From assembly GCA_022820025.1 (NCBI GenBank), contig JAJEGF010000038.1, positions 72,827 to 136,826 of the forward strand: a stretch of 64,000 bases of DNA, given 5' to 3'. This DNA comes from Chloroflexota bacterium (lineage in GTDB: Bacteria; Chloroflexota; UBA11872). Both the position numbers and the translations under genes were made by a program. This document shows positions 9,912 to 19,992 of this stretch, in pieces. Position 1 is the first letter of the stretch. Each line of letters opens with the position of its first letter. Below the pieces are notes generated by a model. It was not told the origin of the DNA, searched no databases, and worked only from the letters and a program-made list of their open reading frames with translations.

Positions 9912-10067
9912 ATGCGGTTTATCAGCGGTGCGCTGGCAGTGGTCGGCCTGATCGTGGTGCTGATTGTTCTGCTGGCGGTGGGCGTGTTTGCCTACGACGA
10001 AGCCAGGCGTCGATTGGTCGGCGACGAATTTGCGCCGGATCGGCCAGAGGACGACACCCGGAACTGA
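9912..10067 (+). CDS. Small single-TM membrane protein (hypothetical)
   Basis: MRFISGALAVVGLIVVLIVLLAVGVFAYDEARRR... 51 aa, in the dnaA upstream region. Confidence 0.3.
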   Translation: MRFISGALAVVGLIVVLIVLLAVGVFAYDEARRRLVGDEFAPDRPEDDTRN

Positions 10068-10098
10068 GGGCTGGCGCTCGGGGGGCAGGGATGCGCCG

Positions 10099-12345
10099 AT
10101 GACCGCGGTCGCCGCACCAGCAACGCCCGGGCGTGCCGGTAGCGGCGACCGCGGCGCCGGCCGGCCGGCACCCGGCCATTGGCCGGCGCGGCTTGTCGCG
10201 CTGGCGGTGATCCTGGGTCTGCTCGTGGGCGTAAGCGTGAGGCCGGCCCACGCGCTGGGGTGCGGAACGGCCGCCGGCGTCCCGCTGGACGACGGCTGTC
10301 TCTTTACGATCACGGGCGCCGACACGCCGGAGCCGACAGACGGATTCGCCGTGACCAACGCCGGCGGCGTGCCCCTCTGGGACTTCGTCCGGGGCAAGGA
10401 TCCGCAGGCGATCGGCTATCCCATCAGCCAGCGCTGGGCGGACGGGCCGTTCACCCTGCAGGCGTTCCAGAAAGTGATCCTGCAGTGGGACCCACGGCGC
10501 GAGCGGATGAACTACTACAACACGCTGGACGCGCTGGCCACCCGCTATCCGTACGTCGCGCTGCCCAACGTACCGGGCCACGCCGTGCTGGCCGAGGACA
10601 CCGGCGCTGACTTCGCGCACGTGATCCGCAATCACCTGGCAATCCTGGAGCAGAACGACCGGATCAAGGCGCGCTTCCTGGCGGAGCCGGACTGGCTGAA
10701 CCTGTACGGGCTGCCGATTCGCTACGAGGAGCGAGCGGTCAACGGGAACCCCCTGGGCCTGCAGGTGTTGCGCACGCAGCGGACGGTGTTCGAGGTGTGG
10801 AACGTGCCGGCGCCGGGAACCACGCCGGGCCAGGTGAACCTTCAGAACGTGCCGGACAAGATCAAGCGACTGAGGAACGTGATCATTCCCGATGCGGCCA
10901 AGTCGCCGGCGTCGCTCCTCGACCCGGCACTGCCCAATGAGATCAGCTCCTTGCCATGGGTCGCCGACGGCGTGACGGCTGTTGAGCAGAGAATGATCGG
11001 GAATCTGCGGAGAATCGCCAGCGCGTCCCAGCCCATCTATAGCCGCTTGCTGCGCACCGGGACGGTGCCCTGGCTGCAACGCTCCACGCAGGAGCACGCG
11101 CTCGGGGCAACCGAGGTCCTTGTCACGATTGCAGAGTTCCCCTGGTCCGAACGCGTCAGGCCGCGCCTGCCGGACCATCATCTGCTGCAGTTGATGTTGG
11201 ACGAGGACGACGAGCAATGGCCGGCTTCCTTCCGGAAGACCCTGGCGATGCCATGGGTGAGGGACGGGGTGTCATGGGATGAACTCCATATCGTCGACGA
11301 ATTCGTCTACATGCTTCGCAGCGTGGCGACCAACCCCTGGGCCCTTTCGTATTACGGAAAGGGCCCGGAGTTGGACGAACTGATACAGCTCATGCTCGAC
11401 ATGCCGTTTTTGCAGAGCGTCGACGGCCATGAGGTCTACCTCATGCGGAAACTGAGCGGAAGCGGAGCTGGATTCGACTACTTTCAGACGGCCATCCGGA
11501 GCTGGTCACGCCAGGGCGGGATATCGGACGATCAAGTGTTGCTCTACATGTATCCGGGGATCCGCCCGCTGCTGGACCCCGGCGATGAACATCCGGAACG
11601 GTTGCCACGGCTGCTTGACCCCGCAAGGCTCGGCATCACGATAGAGCGACGTGAAGTCGTCTTCCCCGGATCTGGCGAGATGCTTCTGGTTTTGGTTCGA
11701 TCAGACTATGTGTCCCCATACACCATGGATGTCCTGGAGCAGGAGACGCGCAGGATCGAGGAATTGATGGGCATTCCATTGCGGAGCAGATACTCGATTA
11801 CGATGATTCCCAGAGTTGGGTTCGACGTATCAACATACAATGCCGGATACTATGTTCTGGTCGAACCCTGGCGGGTACATAGCGTTGAAATCTCGAACGC
11901 GACAAGAGCAGAAATCGTGAACGCGCTCGCAGGCCACTATTGGAAGGCATCGAGCCGCGGGCGGTGGCTTGTGGAAGGTGCAGCTTTATTCCTGGAGTTC
12001 AAAGCCGGCTATTATCGCCGCGAGGACTTGCCCGACGTAAACGAGGCATGCGGCAAGGATAGAATTGCTGACCTCATTAAAGCTGAGAGCGGCAACAATC
12101 CGTGCTATGCGACGTTGGGAGCTCACTTGTTCCTGGAAGTGGCGGACACGCTGGGCGATGGTGGGTTTAGAAGCGGATTTGCCCGGCTCTTCCGATCCTT
12201 AGGAACTGACGGCCTGTACTGTCAGTGCGGCTACGAACGGTCGACATACATTGACTACTTCCGCAGAGCGTTTACCACGGATACAACGGCGGAGACGGCC
12301 GGTATCGTCGAGAGCCTCATATCGCGGTGGTACGACGGTCAGTAG
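10099..12345 (+). CDS. Large secreted/membrane-anchored hypothetical protein with an LGFP-like N-terminal region and a lower-GC C-terminal two-thirds
   Basis: Signal-anchor MTAVAAPATPG...LVALAVILGLLVGVSVRPAHA; IGYPISQRW...QAFQKVILQW LGFP-like; repeated (L/M)PWVxDGV...E units. C-terminal HYWKASSRGRWLVEGAALFLEF is zincin-like but lacks HExxH. A GC drop of about 10-12 points begins near 10800. Confidence 0.65.
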   Translation: MTAVAAPATPGRAGSGDRGAGRPAPGHWPARLVALAVILGLLVGVSVRPAHALGCGTAAGVPLDDGCLFTITGADTPEPTDGFAVTNAGGVPLWDFVRGKDPQAIGYPISQRWADGPFTLQAFQKVILQWDPRRERMNYYNTLDALATRYPYVALPNVPGHAVLAEDTGADFAHVIRNHLAILEQNDRIKARFLAEPDWLNLYGLPIRYEERAVNGNPLGLQVLRTQRTVFEVWNVPAPGTTPGQVNLQNVPDKIKRLRNVIIPDAAKSPASLLDPALPNEISSLPWVADGVTAVEQRMIGNLRRIASASQPIYSRLLRTGTVPWLQRSTQEHALGATEVLVTIAEFPWSERVRPRLPDHHLLQLMLDEDDEQWPASFRKTLAMPWVRDGVSWDELHIVDEFVYMLRSVATNPWALSYYGKGPELDELIQLMLDMPFLQSVDGHEVYLMRKLSGSGAGFDYFQTAIRSWSRQGGISDDQVLLYMYPGIRPLLDPGDEHPERLPRLLDPARLGITIERREVVFPGSGEMLLVLVRSDYVSPYTMDVLEQETRRIEELMGIPLRSRYSITMIPRVGFDVSTYNAGYYVLVEPWRVHSVEISNATRAEIVNALAGHYWKASSRGRWLVEGAALFLEFKAGYYRREDLPDVNEACGKDRIADLIKAESGNNPCYATLGAHLFLEVADTLGDGGFRSGFARLFRSLGTDGLYCQCGYERSTYIDYFRRAFTTDTTAETAGIVESLISRWYDGQ

Positions 12346-12389
12346 CCTGGTGAGGAGCGGCGGGCGGCGCTGTCTGGACGAGGGGACGA

Positions 12390-12974
12390 CTAGTGCGTCA
12401 GCCAGCCTAGCAGCTGGAGGCCGGCCGCGCCGGCCCACGCAAAGGCGAGATTTTTGATTAGCAGCCCGGGCCACGACGCGAGCACGAAGCGCACCAGGCC
12501 AATGCGGGTGGCCCCGGCGATCATGCCCGCGACGTCGAAGAAGGGGTTGGGGATCGCGGCCATGACGAACAGGGTCAGCACGCCGTAGCGGGACATCCAG
12601 CCACTGAGACGCGCGTAGCCCTTCACGTGGCTCAGGGCGCCCTTGCCGCTCCAGCCGACGTAGTAGCCGCCGAGTTCACCGACCATCTGGCCGGTGGCGC
12701 CCACCAGGCCCACCGCCCAGATGTTGTCCAGCGCCGCGGCAAAGGCGCCCACGCTCACGGCGGCCGGCGCGGGCAGGATCAAGGTGGCGGCGCCCACGGC
12801 GGTGAGCACGAAGACGGCCGCATACCCGGCGCCCGCCAGCCGGTCTCGCAATACCTCGGCATAGACCACCGCCAGGATCGCGATGGCGAAGACGCCAACC
12901 AGGGCCACGATCTGCGCCGCAAGCCGCCACCGCGAGCGAGGAGTAGACGGCGCGGCCTCTTGAGTCGCCGCCAT
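12390..12974 (-). CDS. DedA/VTT-domain (TVP38/TMEM64-like) membrane protein
   Basis: GYAAVFVLTAVGAATLILPAPAAVSV and FVMAAIPNPFFDVAGMIAGATRI motifs. Confidence 0.6.
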   Translation of the reverse strand: MAATQEAAPSTPRSRWRLAAQIVALVGVFAIAILAVVYAEVLRDRLAGAGYAAVFVLTAVGAATLILPAPAAVSVGAFAAALDNIWAVGLVGATGQMVGELGGYYVGWSGKGALSHVKGYARLSGWMSRYGVLTLFVMAAIPNPFFDVAGMIAGATRIGLVRFVLASWPGLLIKNLAFAWAGAAGLQLLGWLTH

Positions 12975-13091
12975 TACGCAGCCTGCCGGATCTGAGTTGT
13001 CATGGAGGAAGCAGCGAGCGCAGGTCCGCGCAGCGCGTAGCCTTGCGTGGATACGACGTCAAGGACGCCGAGCCCGTGACGGATCGAGGGT

Positions 13092-15956
13092 ATGGCCAAG
13101 CGTAGACGGCTGATCGCAAAGCCGCGCCAGCGTAGCAACCGCCTCTGGCTGTGGCTGGCGCTGGCAGCCAGCGCGCTGGCCGGCCTTGGCGCGGCGCTGG
13201 TTGCCGTTGTGGTGGCCACCGGCATCGGCATAGCGATAGCCGTCAACGTGGCCTCCACGTTTCTGACGGAGTTGCCGCCGGTTGACGAAATCGCCACCGT
13301 CGGCGGCCAGCTCTTTCAGACCACCACCATTCATGATCGTCGCGGCCGGCCGCTGGGCGAACTGTTGGGCGAGGGGCGCCGCCGCGTCGTGCCCCCGGAG
13401 GACATTCCCCAGGTCGTCAAGATCGCGGTGGTGGCCGCGGAAGACGCCACCTTCTATGAGAATCCAGGGGTCGAGGTCCGTGCCATTGCGCGCGCGCTCT
13501 GGAATAACTGGCGTGGCGGCGAGGTCGTGTCCGGCGCCAGCACCATCACGCAGCAACTGGTCAAGAACGCGCTGCTGACGCCCGAGGAGACCTACGAGCG
13601 CAAGATTCGCGAAGCGGTGCTGGCCTGGCAGATCAGCCAGCGGTTTTCCAAGGACGAGATCCTGGGGCTGTATCTCAACCAGAATCACTACGGCGGCCTC
13701 ACCTACGGCATAGCGGCCGCGGCCGAAACCTACTTCGACAAGGACCTGGCCGACGTGACCCTGGCCGAGGCCGCCATGCTGGTGGGCCTGCTGCCCGCGC
13801 CATCGCTGCACAACCCGCACGTTGATCCGCAGGCGGCCAGGCGCGAGCAGCTGCGCGTGCTGGCGGCCCTTGGGCGGCACGGCCTGGCGCCGGCCGGCGC
13901 GGTGGCGGCGGCTCGCGACGAAGACGTGCGGATTGCGCCGCCGCGCGAGACGACCTCGCCGGCCCCGCACTTCCTGGATTACGTGGTCCGCGACCTGCAG
14001 GAGCGCTACGGCCCCGAGATCAGTCGCCAGGGCTGGGAAATCACGACAACGCTCGACCTGGACCTGCAGGCCGCGGCCGACACCGCCGTCCGGGAACATG
14101 TGGCCACCCTGGCCGACCGCGAGGTCACGAACGGGGCGCTGGTCGCCATCCGGCCGGCCACCGGCGAAATCCTGGCCATGGTCGGCAGTCTGAACTTCAA
14201 CGACGAAGCCATTGACGGACAGGTGAATGTCACGACGTCGCTGCGACAGCCGGGCTCGTCGTTCAAGCTGTTCACCTACGCCAGCGCCCTGGAACAGGGC
14301 TACAACCCGGCCACCATGCTGCTGGACATCCCGACCACGGTGCCGATCGCGGGACAGGAGCCGTACCGGCCGCGCAATTACGACCGCAAGTTCCGCGGCC
14401 CCGTGAGCCTGCGGACGGCGCTGGGCAGTTCGCTGAACATCCCGGCCGTGCGCGCGCAGCTATTCGCGGGGCTCGACGCCACGCTGGACGTGGCGGATCG
14501 GCTTGGCATCACCTCGCTGACCGACCGCTCGCGCATCGGCCCGGCGCTGGCCCTGGGGTCCAACGAGGTGCAGCTGCTCGAGCTGACCGGGGCCTACGCC
14601 ACCGTGGCCAACCAGGGTCGGCGGGTGACGCCGTCGGCCGTGCTCTGCATTCGCGACGCGCGCGGGCTGGTCGTGGAGCAACTCGGGGACGGGTGCTCGC
14701 TTGCCGACGATACGTCGCCGCTGGCGCTGGGACGGGCGCCGTCCACGGAGCGCGTGCTGAACCCGGAGATCGCCTACCTGATGACATCGATCCTCGCGGA
14801 CCGGGCGGCCCGCGAACTCGGCTTCGGGCAGGTTCGCGAACTGCTGGATCTCGCCGACCGCCCGGCCGCCGTCAAGACCGGGACCACCGAGAATACGCGC
14901 GACGCCCTGACCGTCGGCTTCACCCCGCAACTGGCGACCGGCGTGTGGGTCGGGAATGCCGACGGCACGCCCATGGACGACGTGACCGGCGCCCGCGGCG
15001 CCGGGCCGATCTGGCAGCGCTTCATGGACCATGCGCACGCGAGCCTGGACATCGTGGACTGGACGCGCCCGCCAACCGTGATCGAGCAGGAGGTCGACAT
15101 CGTGTCGGGCCTCCTGCCCTCGGAGTTCACGCCGGAGACGCGCATGGAGGAGTTTGCGTCCGGCACCGCGCCAACCCAGCGCGACGTCGTGCACCAGCCC
15201 TTCCGCGTTCACGTCCCTACCGGGCTGCTGGCGACGCCGGACTCGCCGCTCGATGAGGTGGAGGAACAAGTGTTCATTGTCCTTCCCACCGAAGCGGAGG
15301 CGTGGCAACGCGGCGTGGACGAGGACTCGCCGTATCGACTGCCGCCGGACGCCTTCGCGGGCGGCAGCGTGACGGCCGTGGCAACGGCCGCGGGGCTCGA
15401 TGCGCAGATTACGGCGCCGGCTGAAGGCCAGGCGGTGCGCACGATCCTGGAAATCTTCGGCACGGCCTCGCTGGAGGGATTCGTCGCATCCGAACTTCAC
15501 TACGGCGTCGGTCCGGCGCCCGGCGCCTGGACGCGAATCGGCTCGCCGTTGGAGGCGCCGCGGGTGGATGAACAGCTCGGGGCGGTCGACACCATCCAGT
15601 TGCCGGACGGCGCTTACACCTTGCGGCTGACGGTTCGGGCGGCCGACGGGGGCGCGGAGATCGCCTTTCGGCGATTCCTCGTGGACAACACGCCGCCGGT
15701 GGTTGAGGTCGTGGGCGTGGGCGCCGAGGCCGGCGCGGCCGCCGGAAGCGTGCCCCTGGGCGCCAATGTTGAGGATGCCGGCGGCGTGGCCAGCGTGGAG
15801 TTCCGGGTCGACGGAGCGTTCGTTGGAACGGCCCGATTCGCGCCCTACCAGGTCACCTGGCCGAGCGAACCGGGCGAGCACGAGGTGGTGGCGATCGCGA
15901 CCGACCGGGCCGGAAACTCGGCTACGTCAGCGCCGGTGACGTTTCGGGCGGGCTGA
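13092..15956 (+). CDS. Class A penicillin-binding protein (GT51 transglycosylase + transpeptidase) with a C-terminal Ig-like extension
   Basis: EDATFYENPGV, TITQQLVKN, RKIREAVLAWQ (GT51 motifs); SSFK (SxxK), SLN, KTGTT (transpeptidase motifs); N-terminal TM anchor. Confidence 0.9.
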   Translation: MAKRRRLIAKPRQRSNRLWLWLALAASALAGLGAALVAVVVATGIGIAIAVNVASTFLTELPPVDEIATVGGQLFQTTTIHDRRGRPLGELLGEGRRRVVPPEDIPQVVKIAVVAAEDATFYENPGVEVRAIARALWNNWRGGEVVSGASTITQQLVKNALLTPEETYERKIREAVLAWQISQRFSKDEILGLYLNQNHYGGLTYGIAAAAETYFDKDLADVTLAEAAMLVGLLPAPSLHNPHVDPQAARREQLRVLAALGRHGLAPAGAVAAARDEDVRIAPPRETTSPAPHFLDYVVRDLQERYGPEISRQGWEITTTLDLDLQAAADTAVREHVATLADREVTNGALVAIRPATGEILAMVGSLNFNDEAIDGQVNVTTSLRQPGSSFKLFTYASALEQGYNPATMLLDIPTTVPIAGQEPYRPRNYDRKFRGPVSLRTALGSSLNIPAVRAQLFAGLDATLDVADRLGITSLTDRSRIGPALALGSNEVQLLELTGAYATVANQGRRVTPSAVLCIRDARGLVVEQLGDGCSLADDTSPLALGRAPSTERVLNPEIAYLMTSILADRAARELGFGQVRELLDLADRPAAVKTGTTENTRDALTVGFTPQLATGVWVGNADGTPMDDVTGARGAGPIWQRFMDHAHASLDIVDWTRPPTVIEQEVDIVSGLLPSEFTPETRMEEFASGTAPTQRDVVHQPFRVHVPTGLLATPDSPLDEVEEQVFIVLPTEAEAWQRGVDEDSPYRLPPDAFAGGSVTAVATAAGLDAQITAPAEGQAVRTILEIFGTASLEGFVASELHYGVGPAPGAWTRIGSPLEAPRVDEQLGAVDTIQLPDGAYTLRLTVRAADGGAEIAFRRFLVDNTPPVVEVVGVGAEAGAAAGSVPLGANVEDAGGVASVEFRVDGAFVGTARFAPYQVTWPSEPGEHEVVAIATDRAGNSATSAPVTFRAG

Positions 15957-15992
15957 GGTCCGGCCGGACCCGGGTCACGCCCGCGGTCGAAA

Positions 15993-17606
15993 TCACAGGC
16001 TTCTGGCAGGCCCGACGCCGGGCGGCGCCGGCCGCGCGCGGTTTCGGCTCGCCCGCAACGGGCGCGGCTCCGGGATGTCCAGGTCGCGAATGACCGTCTG
16101 CGCGGCGTTGTGCCCGGGCACCCCGCTCACGCCTCCGCCCGGGTGACAGCCCGACCCGCAGAGGTACAGCCCGTCCAGCGGCGTGCGGTAGGCCGCGCAG
16201 CCGGGAAGCGGCCGGGCGGCCAGCATCTGATCGATCGTCATGTCCACGTGATGCATGTTGCCCCGCGTCATCCCGGCCCGCGCCTCGATCTCCGGCGGTC
16301 CGTGCAGGTAGGCGGCGCTCACGATGTCCGGGAAATTGGGGGCGTAGCGCGCGACCTGGGCGATCAGCGCATCGGTCGTCGCATCCCGCTGGGATTCCCA
16401 GTCCGCGGGCGCCAGGCCCACGGGAGCGTATTCCGCCCAAATCGAGATGGTGTGATGGCCGGTGGGCGCGACGGAGTCGTCGTAAACCGATGGGCAGACA
16501 AGCCCAAGCACGGGGGACTCGGGCATCCGGCCGGCGCGCGCCTGGCTCCAGGCCCGGTCGATGTCGTCCAGCGACTCGCAGATGCGCACGTTGGCGCGAT
16601 GCTGCGGACCGCCCCCCGGCAGGGCCCGCCAGTCCGGTAGGCCGGTGGTGGCGCAGTGCAGCTTCAGATAGCCGGCGTTCATGCGCAGGCGACGGACCGA
16701 TTGCCGGAACGCCGCCGGCAGGTGCTCCGCCGCAACCAGCCGGGTGAACGTGAACTGCGGGTCGGCGCTGGAGAGCACGGCCCGCGCGCTGATGACGGTC
16801 CCGTCGGCGAGCGCCACGCCCCGGGCGCGGCCGTCGGCCACCTGGACGCTTGCCACCGTCGTGCCAACGCGAACGTCGGCCCCGGCGCGCTCGGCCGCCT
16901 GGCGAATCAGCTGGGTCACGGCGCCCATGCCGCCCCTGGGGAAACCGGCCAGCCCCCGGTCGCCCAGTCGCGCCGAGAGGGCGGCGGCGAACGCAAAGTA
17001 GAGCAGGCCGCCGGCGCTGTCGGTATAGCCGGCGTCAAAGGTCGTGCCCAGGGACGCCTTGACGCGCGGCGACTCGAAGTATTCGTCGAGCAGCTGGCGC
17101 CGGGTGCCCGTGATCAGCGTATGCGCGATGGCGGCGTCGGGCGTTCCCTCGTGGGCCCGCAGAAAGTCACCGAGGGTGGGCGGGGCTTCGAGCAGGTAGG
17201 GATCAAACAGCTGCGCCGCGCGCTGCCAGAATGCTATGTACGCGGGGTAGGCGTCGGCGTCGCGACGTGAGAATCGTGCAATGGAATCGCGTGTCCGCCC
17301 CTCGTCGCTCCACATCCGCAGGTATTGGTCGTCGGCGAACGGATGAAACTGCGGCGGATCGCGGCGAAACACGCGCAGGCCGCGCTCCACAAGTTGCAGG
17401 TCGTCCAGGATCTGCGGATGGAACAGCACGAAACTATGGGCGCACGTTGAGAAGTGATAGCCGGGAAAAAGCTCATCGGTGGTGGCCGCGCCGCCAACCT
17501 TGGGGCCCTGCTCGAGCGCGAGCACCCGCATCCCGGCCCGAGCCAGATAGAACCCCGCGACCAGGCCGTTGTGGCCGCAACCGATGATGATCGCGTCGTA
17601 GTCCAG
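15993..17606 (-). CDS. Phytoene-desaturase-family (CrtI-like) FAD-dependent oxidoreductase
   Basis: C-terminal CGSGCHPGGGVSGVPGHNA. The FAD-binding Rossmann motif DYDAIIIGCGHNGLVAGFYLARAG is encoded upstream of the first canonical start (ATG 17531). It is reachable only from CTG at 17606 or 17621, with TGA at 17622-17624. Confidence 0.75.
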   Translation of the reverse strand: MDYDAIIIGCGHNGLVAGFYLARAGMRVLALEQGPKVGGAATTDELFPGYHFSTCAHSFVLFHPQILDDLQLVERGLRVFRRDPPQFHPFADDQYLRMWSDEGRTRDSIARFSRRDADAYPAYIAFWQRAAQLFDPYLLEAPPTLGDFLRAHEGTPDAAIAHTLITGTRRQLLDEYFESPRVKASLGTTFDAGYTDSAGGLLYFAFAAALSARLGDRGLAGFPRGGMGAVTQLIRQAAERAGADVRVGTTVASVQVADGRARGVALADGTVISARAVLSSADPQFTFTRLVAAEHLPAAFRQSVRRLRMNAGYLKLHCATTGLPDWRALPGGGPQHRANVRICESLDDIDRAWSQARAGRMPESPVLGLVCPSVYDDSVAPTGHHTISIWAEYAPVGLAPADWESQRDATTDALIAQVARYAPNFPDIVSAAYLHGPPEIEARAGMTRGNMHHVDMTIDQMLAARPLPGCAAYRTPLDGLYLCGSGCHPGGGVSGVPGHNAAQTVIRDLDIPEPRPLRASRNRARPAPPGVGPARSL

Positions 17607-17876
17607 CGTGGTCGCCCGCAGTCAACGCCGATGGTCGCGGCAGCGTACTCCTCGACGTGGCGCGACGGTGGTCGAGCCCCGCCGTATCTCACCCCACCCG
17701 CGGCGGCCGGCGCGGCCGAGCGTCAGGTGGCGCGTGTACAATGCGGCCACGTTTAGTCTGCAGCGCGCGTTCTTGGGCCCCAGGCGTAACAGGGGAGGCT
17801 CCGTGGCGCGAGACCGCCAGCAGTTTTTGATCCGGGAGCGACCAGAAACCGGCGCCCCCGGGGATAGGGGGCTGCG

Positions 17877-18896
17877 GTGAGGAGCTTGCGACAGTACCGA
17901 CTGTTCGTGACGCTTCTGGTTCTGCCGGTACTTGCCATTATCTTGATCGTGATTCTGGTCATGGCCTTGACCGGCGGGGACGAGGAGCAGCCAGCCGAGG
18001 CTGCGCCAACCGCCGCGGTGCCGACCGCCGTCGTCGGCGGGCTGTCGCCGACGCCTTCGATCGGACAGCCGCCGCCGGCGCCAACGCTCACGGTCGCGCC
18101 AACCGCGCCTCCGGTTCCTGAGCCGACCCCCACGCCACCGCCACCGACGCCCACCCCCACCGAGCCGCCGGTGCCGACGCCGACGCCCACGCCGGAAGGT
18201 CCGATTGAGTACGCGGTCCAGGAGGGCGACACGCTCTTCTCCATCGCCTCGGCCTATGGGGTGAGCGTGGACGACCTGGTCGACTTCAACGACCTTCCCG
18301 ACGAGAACTTCATCTTTGTCGGCCAGGTACTCGAGGTGCCCACGGACCCGGCCCAGGTCACCGAGCGGCGTGAGTCGCGGCCGGTGGCGACGACCGCGGT
18401 GGTGGTGCCCAGCGACGGGCTGAACGTGCGCGCGGCGCCGAGCACCGAGACCGGCGACATTCAGTACGTGGCGCCCGGCGGCACCGAGCTGGCGCTTTCC
18501 GGCGTGATCGAAGTCATCGACGGCATCGAGTGGCGCGAGGTTGACGATGGCAACTGGGTGCAGGCCCAGTACCTGGAGATTGGCGTGCGGGCCGCACCGG
18601 CGCCGGCCCCGGTGGAAACGGCGGCGCCCGAAGCTACGGCGGCGCCCGCGCCCGCGGCCACGGCCGCGCCGGCGGCGACCCAGCCGCCCGCGGGCGAAAC
18701 CGTGCGCGCCACCGTGGTGCCGACCGCCGGCCTCAACGTGCGCGTGGCCGCCGACCCCAACTCCTCGGTCGCCTACGTCGCGCCGGGCGCGTCGGAAGTG
18801 GAACTCACCGGTGAAACGCAGGTCGTCAACGGCGTCACCTGGTGGCAGGTGACCGACGGCAACTGGGTCCAGGGGCAGTTCCTGAAGTTCGGCTAG
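17877..18896 (+). CDS. Membrane-anchored LysM + two bacterial SH3 (SH3b) domain protein
   Basis: N-terminal TM; Pro/Thr-rich linker; LysM (YAVQEGDTLFSIASAYGVSVDDLVDFN); two SH3_3-like modules ending ...DGNWVQAQYLEIG and ...DGNWVQGQFLKFG. Confidence 0.75.
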   Translation: MRSLRQYRLFVTLLVLPVLAIILIVILVMALTGGDEEQPAEAAPTAAVPTAVVGGLSPTPSIGQPPPAPTLTVAPTAPPVPEPTPTPPPPTPTPTEPPVPTPTPTPEGPIEYAVQEGDTLFSIASAYGVSVDDLVDFNDLPDENFIFVGQVLEVPTDPAQVTERRESRPVATTAVVVPSDGLNVRAAPSTETGDIQYVAPGGTELALSGVIEVIDGIEWREVDDGNWVQAQYLEIGVRAAPAPAPVETAAPEATAAPAPAATAAPAATQPPAGETVRATVVPTAGLNVRVAADPNSSVAYVAPGASEVELTGETQVVNGVTWWQVTDGNWVQGQFLKFG

Positions 18897-18914
18897 CCGG
18901 ACAGCCGCTGATCA

Positions 18915-18949
18915 CGAAGGGCGCTCCCGAGGGAGCGCCCTTCGTGCTA
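18915..18949. terminator. Bidirectional intrinsic-terminator-like hairpin
   Basis: ACGAAGGGCGCTCCC-GA-GGGAGCGCCCTTCGT, a 15-bp perfect inverted repeat between convergent genes. Confidence 0.5.
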
Positions 18950-18954
18950 ACTCT

Positions 18955-19992
18955 TCAGGAAACGGCCGCGCCGTCGGGCGCCAGCCAGCGGTCCATGAAG
19001 TCGAGCGAGGCTTCCGCGCGGTATTCGTGGCCGCCGTCGAATTCGTCGCGTTCCAGGCGCTCGGGAACGCCTGCCGCCGCATAAATCGCGGCCACGCGCG
19101 CGTGCGCTTCGCGGGAGGCCTCGATGGGGAATCCGCGGTCCGCGCGCCCGGCTTCGATCAGCAGCGGCCGCGGCGCGATCAGGCCGTGCACGTCAGGCAC
19201 GTCCGCGTAGGCATAGATGCCCGGGAGGAACTGCGAGCCGCAGAAGTTCCCGGTGTCCAGCGCGTAGGCGCGGAAGGTCGTGAGATAGCCGCTCACGACC
19301 GCCGCTCGAATCCGCGTGTCCAGGGCGCCCAGGTACATGGTGCGGGTGCCGCCGAAGGACAGCCCGGCGCAGCCCAGGCGACCGGCGTCCACCTCCGGCC
19401 GCGCGGCCAGGATGTCCAGGCCCCGCCGGTCGTCCTGGATGTTGAGCGCCATCAGGTTGATGCCAAACAGGAGGGCGCGCATGAAGTTGACGTTGCAGCC
19501 GTCGCGCTGCCCGTAGCGGCGGAAACCCTCGGCGCGTTCGCCGAAGCCGATGGCGTCCGGCGCCAGCACTACGTGGCCGCGTTCGGCGTAGCGGCGGGCG
19601 AAGCTGCGGTAGATGTTGGGACTGTCGTCACGCGCCACCAGCTGGTCCTTGCCATCCCCGTGGCCGTGCAGCGCCAGGATTCCGGCCGCCGGCCGCTCGG
19701 CTGACGCCGTGGAAGGAATCAGCAACCAGGCCGGAACCCGGACATCGGGAATGGTCTCGTAGACCAGCTTGTGCTGGACGTAGACGCCGCAGTCCGTGGA
19801 CTCCAGGATCTCCGGCTCGGCCCCGGTCAACGCGGGCAGGTCGCCCAACAGCGACTCAACTCGCTCGAGCAGCGCGGCGTGCCAGGCGCCGAAATCCATG
19901 CCCGGATGAAAGGCCAGGGAAGGTTCCCGGGCGTCATCAAGGTCGTTGATGAAGCCGTCGAAGTCGTACGCGGGCGGGTCCGCCGCCGTCAT
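18955..19992 (-). CDS. Alpha/beta hydrolase (dienelactone hydrolase / acetyl-xylan-esterase-like)
   Basis: GLSFGG nucleophile elbow and HGHGD; the start overlaps the upstream gene stop (ATGA). Confidence 0.65.
   Translation of the reverse strand: MTAADPPAYDFDGFINDLDDAREPSLAFHPGMDFGAWHAALLERVESLLGDLPALTGAEPEILESTDCGVYVQHKLVYETIPDVRVPAWLLIPSTASAERPAAGILALHGHGDGKDQLVARDDSPNIYRSFARRYAERGHVVLAPDAIGFGERAEGFRRYGQRDGCNVNFMRALLFGINLMALNIQDDRRGLDILAARPEVDAGRLGCAGLSFGGTRTMYLGALDTRIRAAVVSGYLTTFRAYALDTGNFCGSQFLPGIYAYADVPDVHGLIAPRPLLIEAGRADRGFPIEASREAHARVAAIYAAAGVPERLERDEFDGGHEYRAEASLDFMDRWLAPDGAAVS

Noticed and set aside
9922-11217. Long antisense ORFs. Minus-strand examples: 9922..11217, 14460..15881, 4076..4852, 13059..14099, 31163..32167, 58734..59555. 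Plus-strand examples: 42934..45546, 49012..50919.
   Set aside because: These are typical high-GC stop-free antisense frames. Each overlaps a gene with strong family motifs on the other strand, and their products are Arg/Pro/Gly-rich low-complexity.
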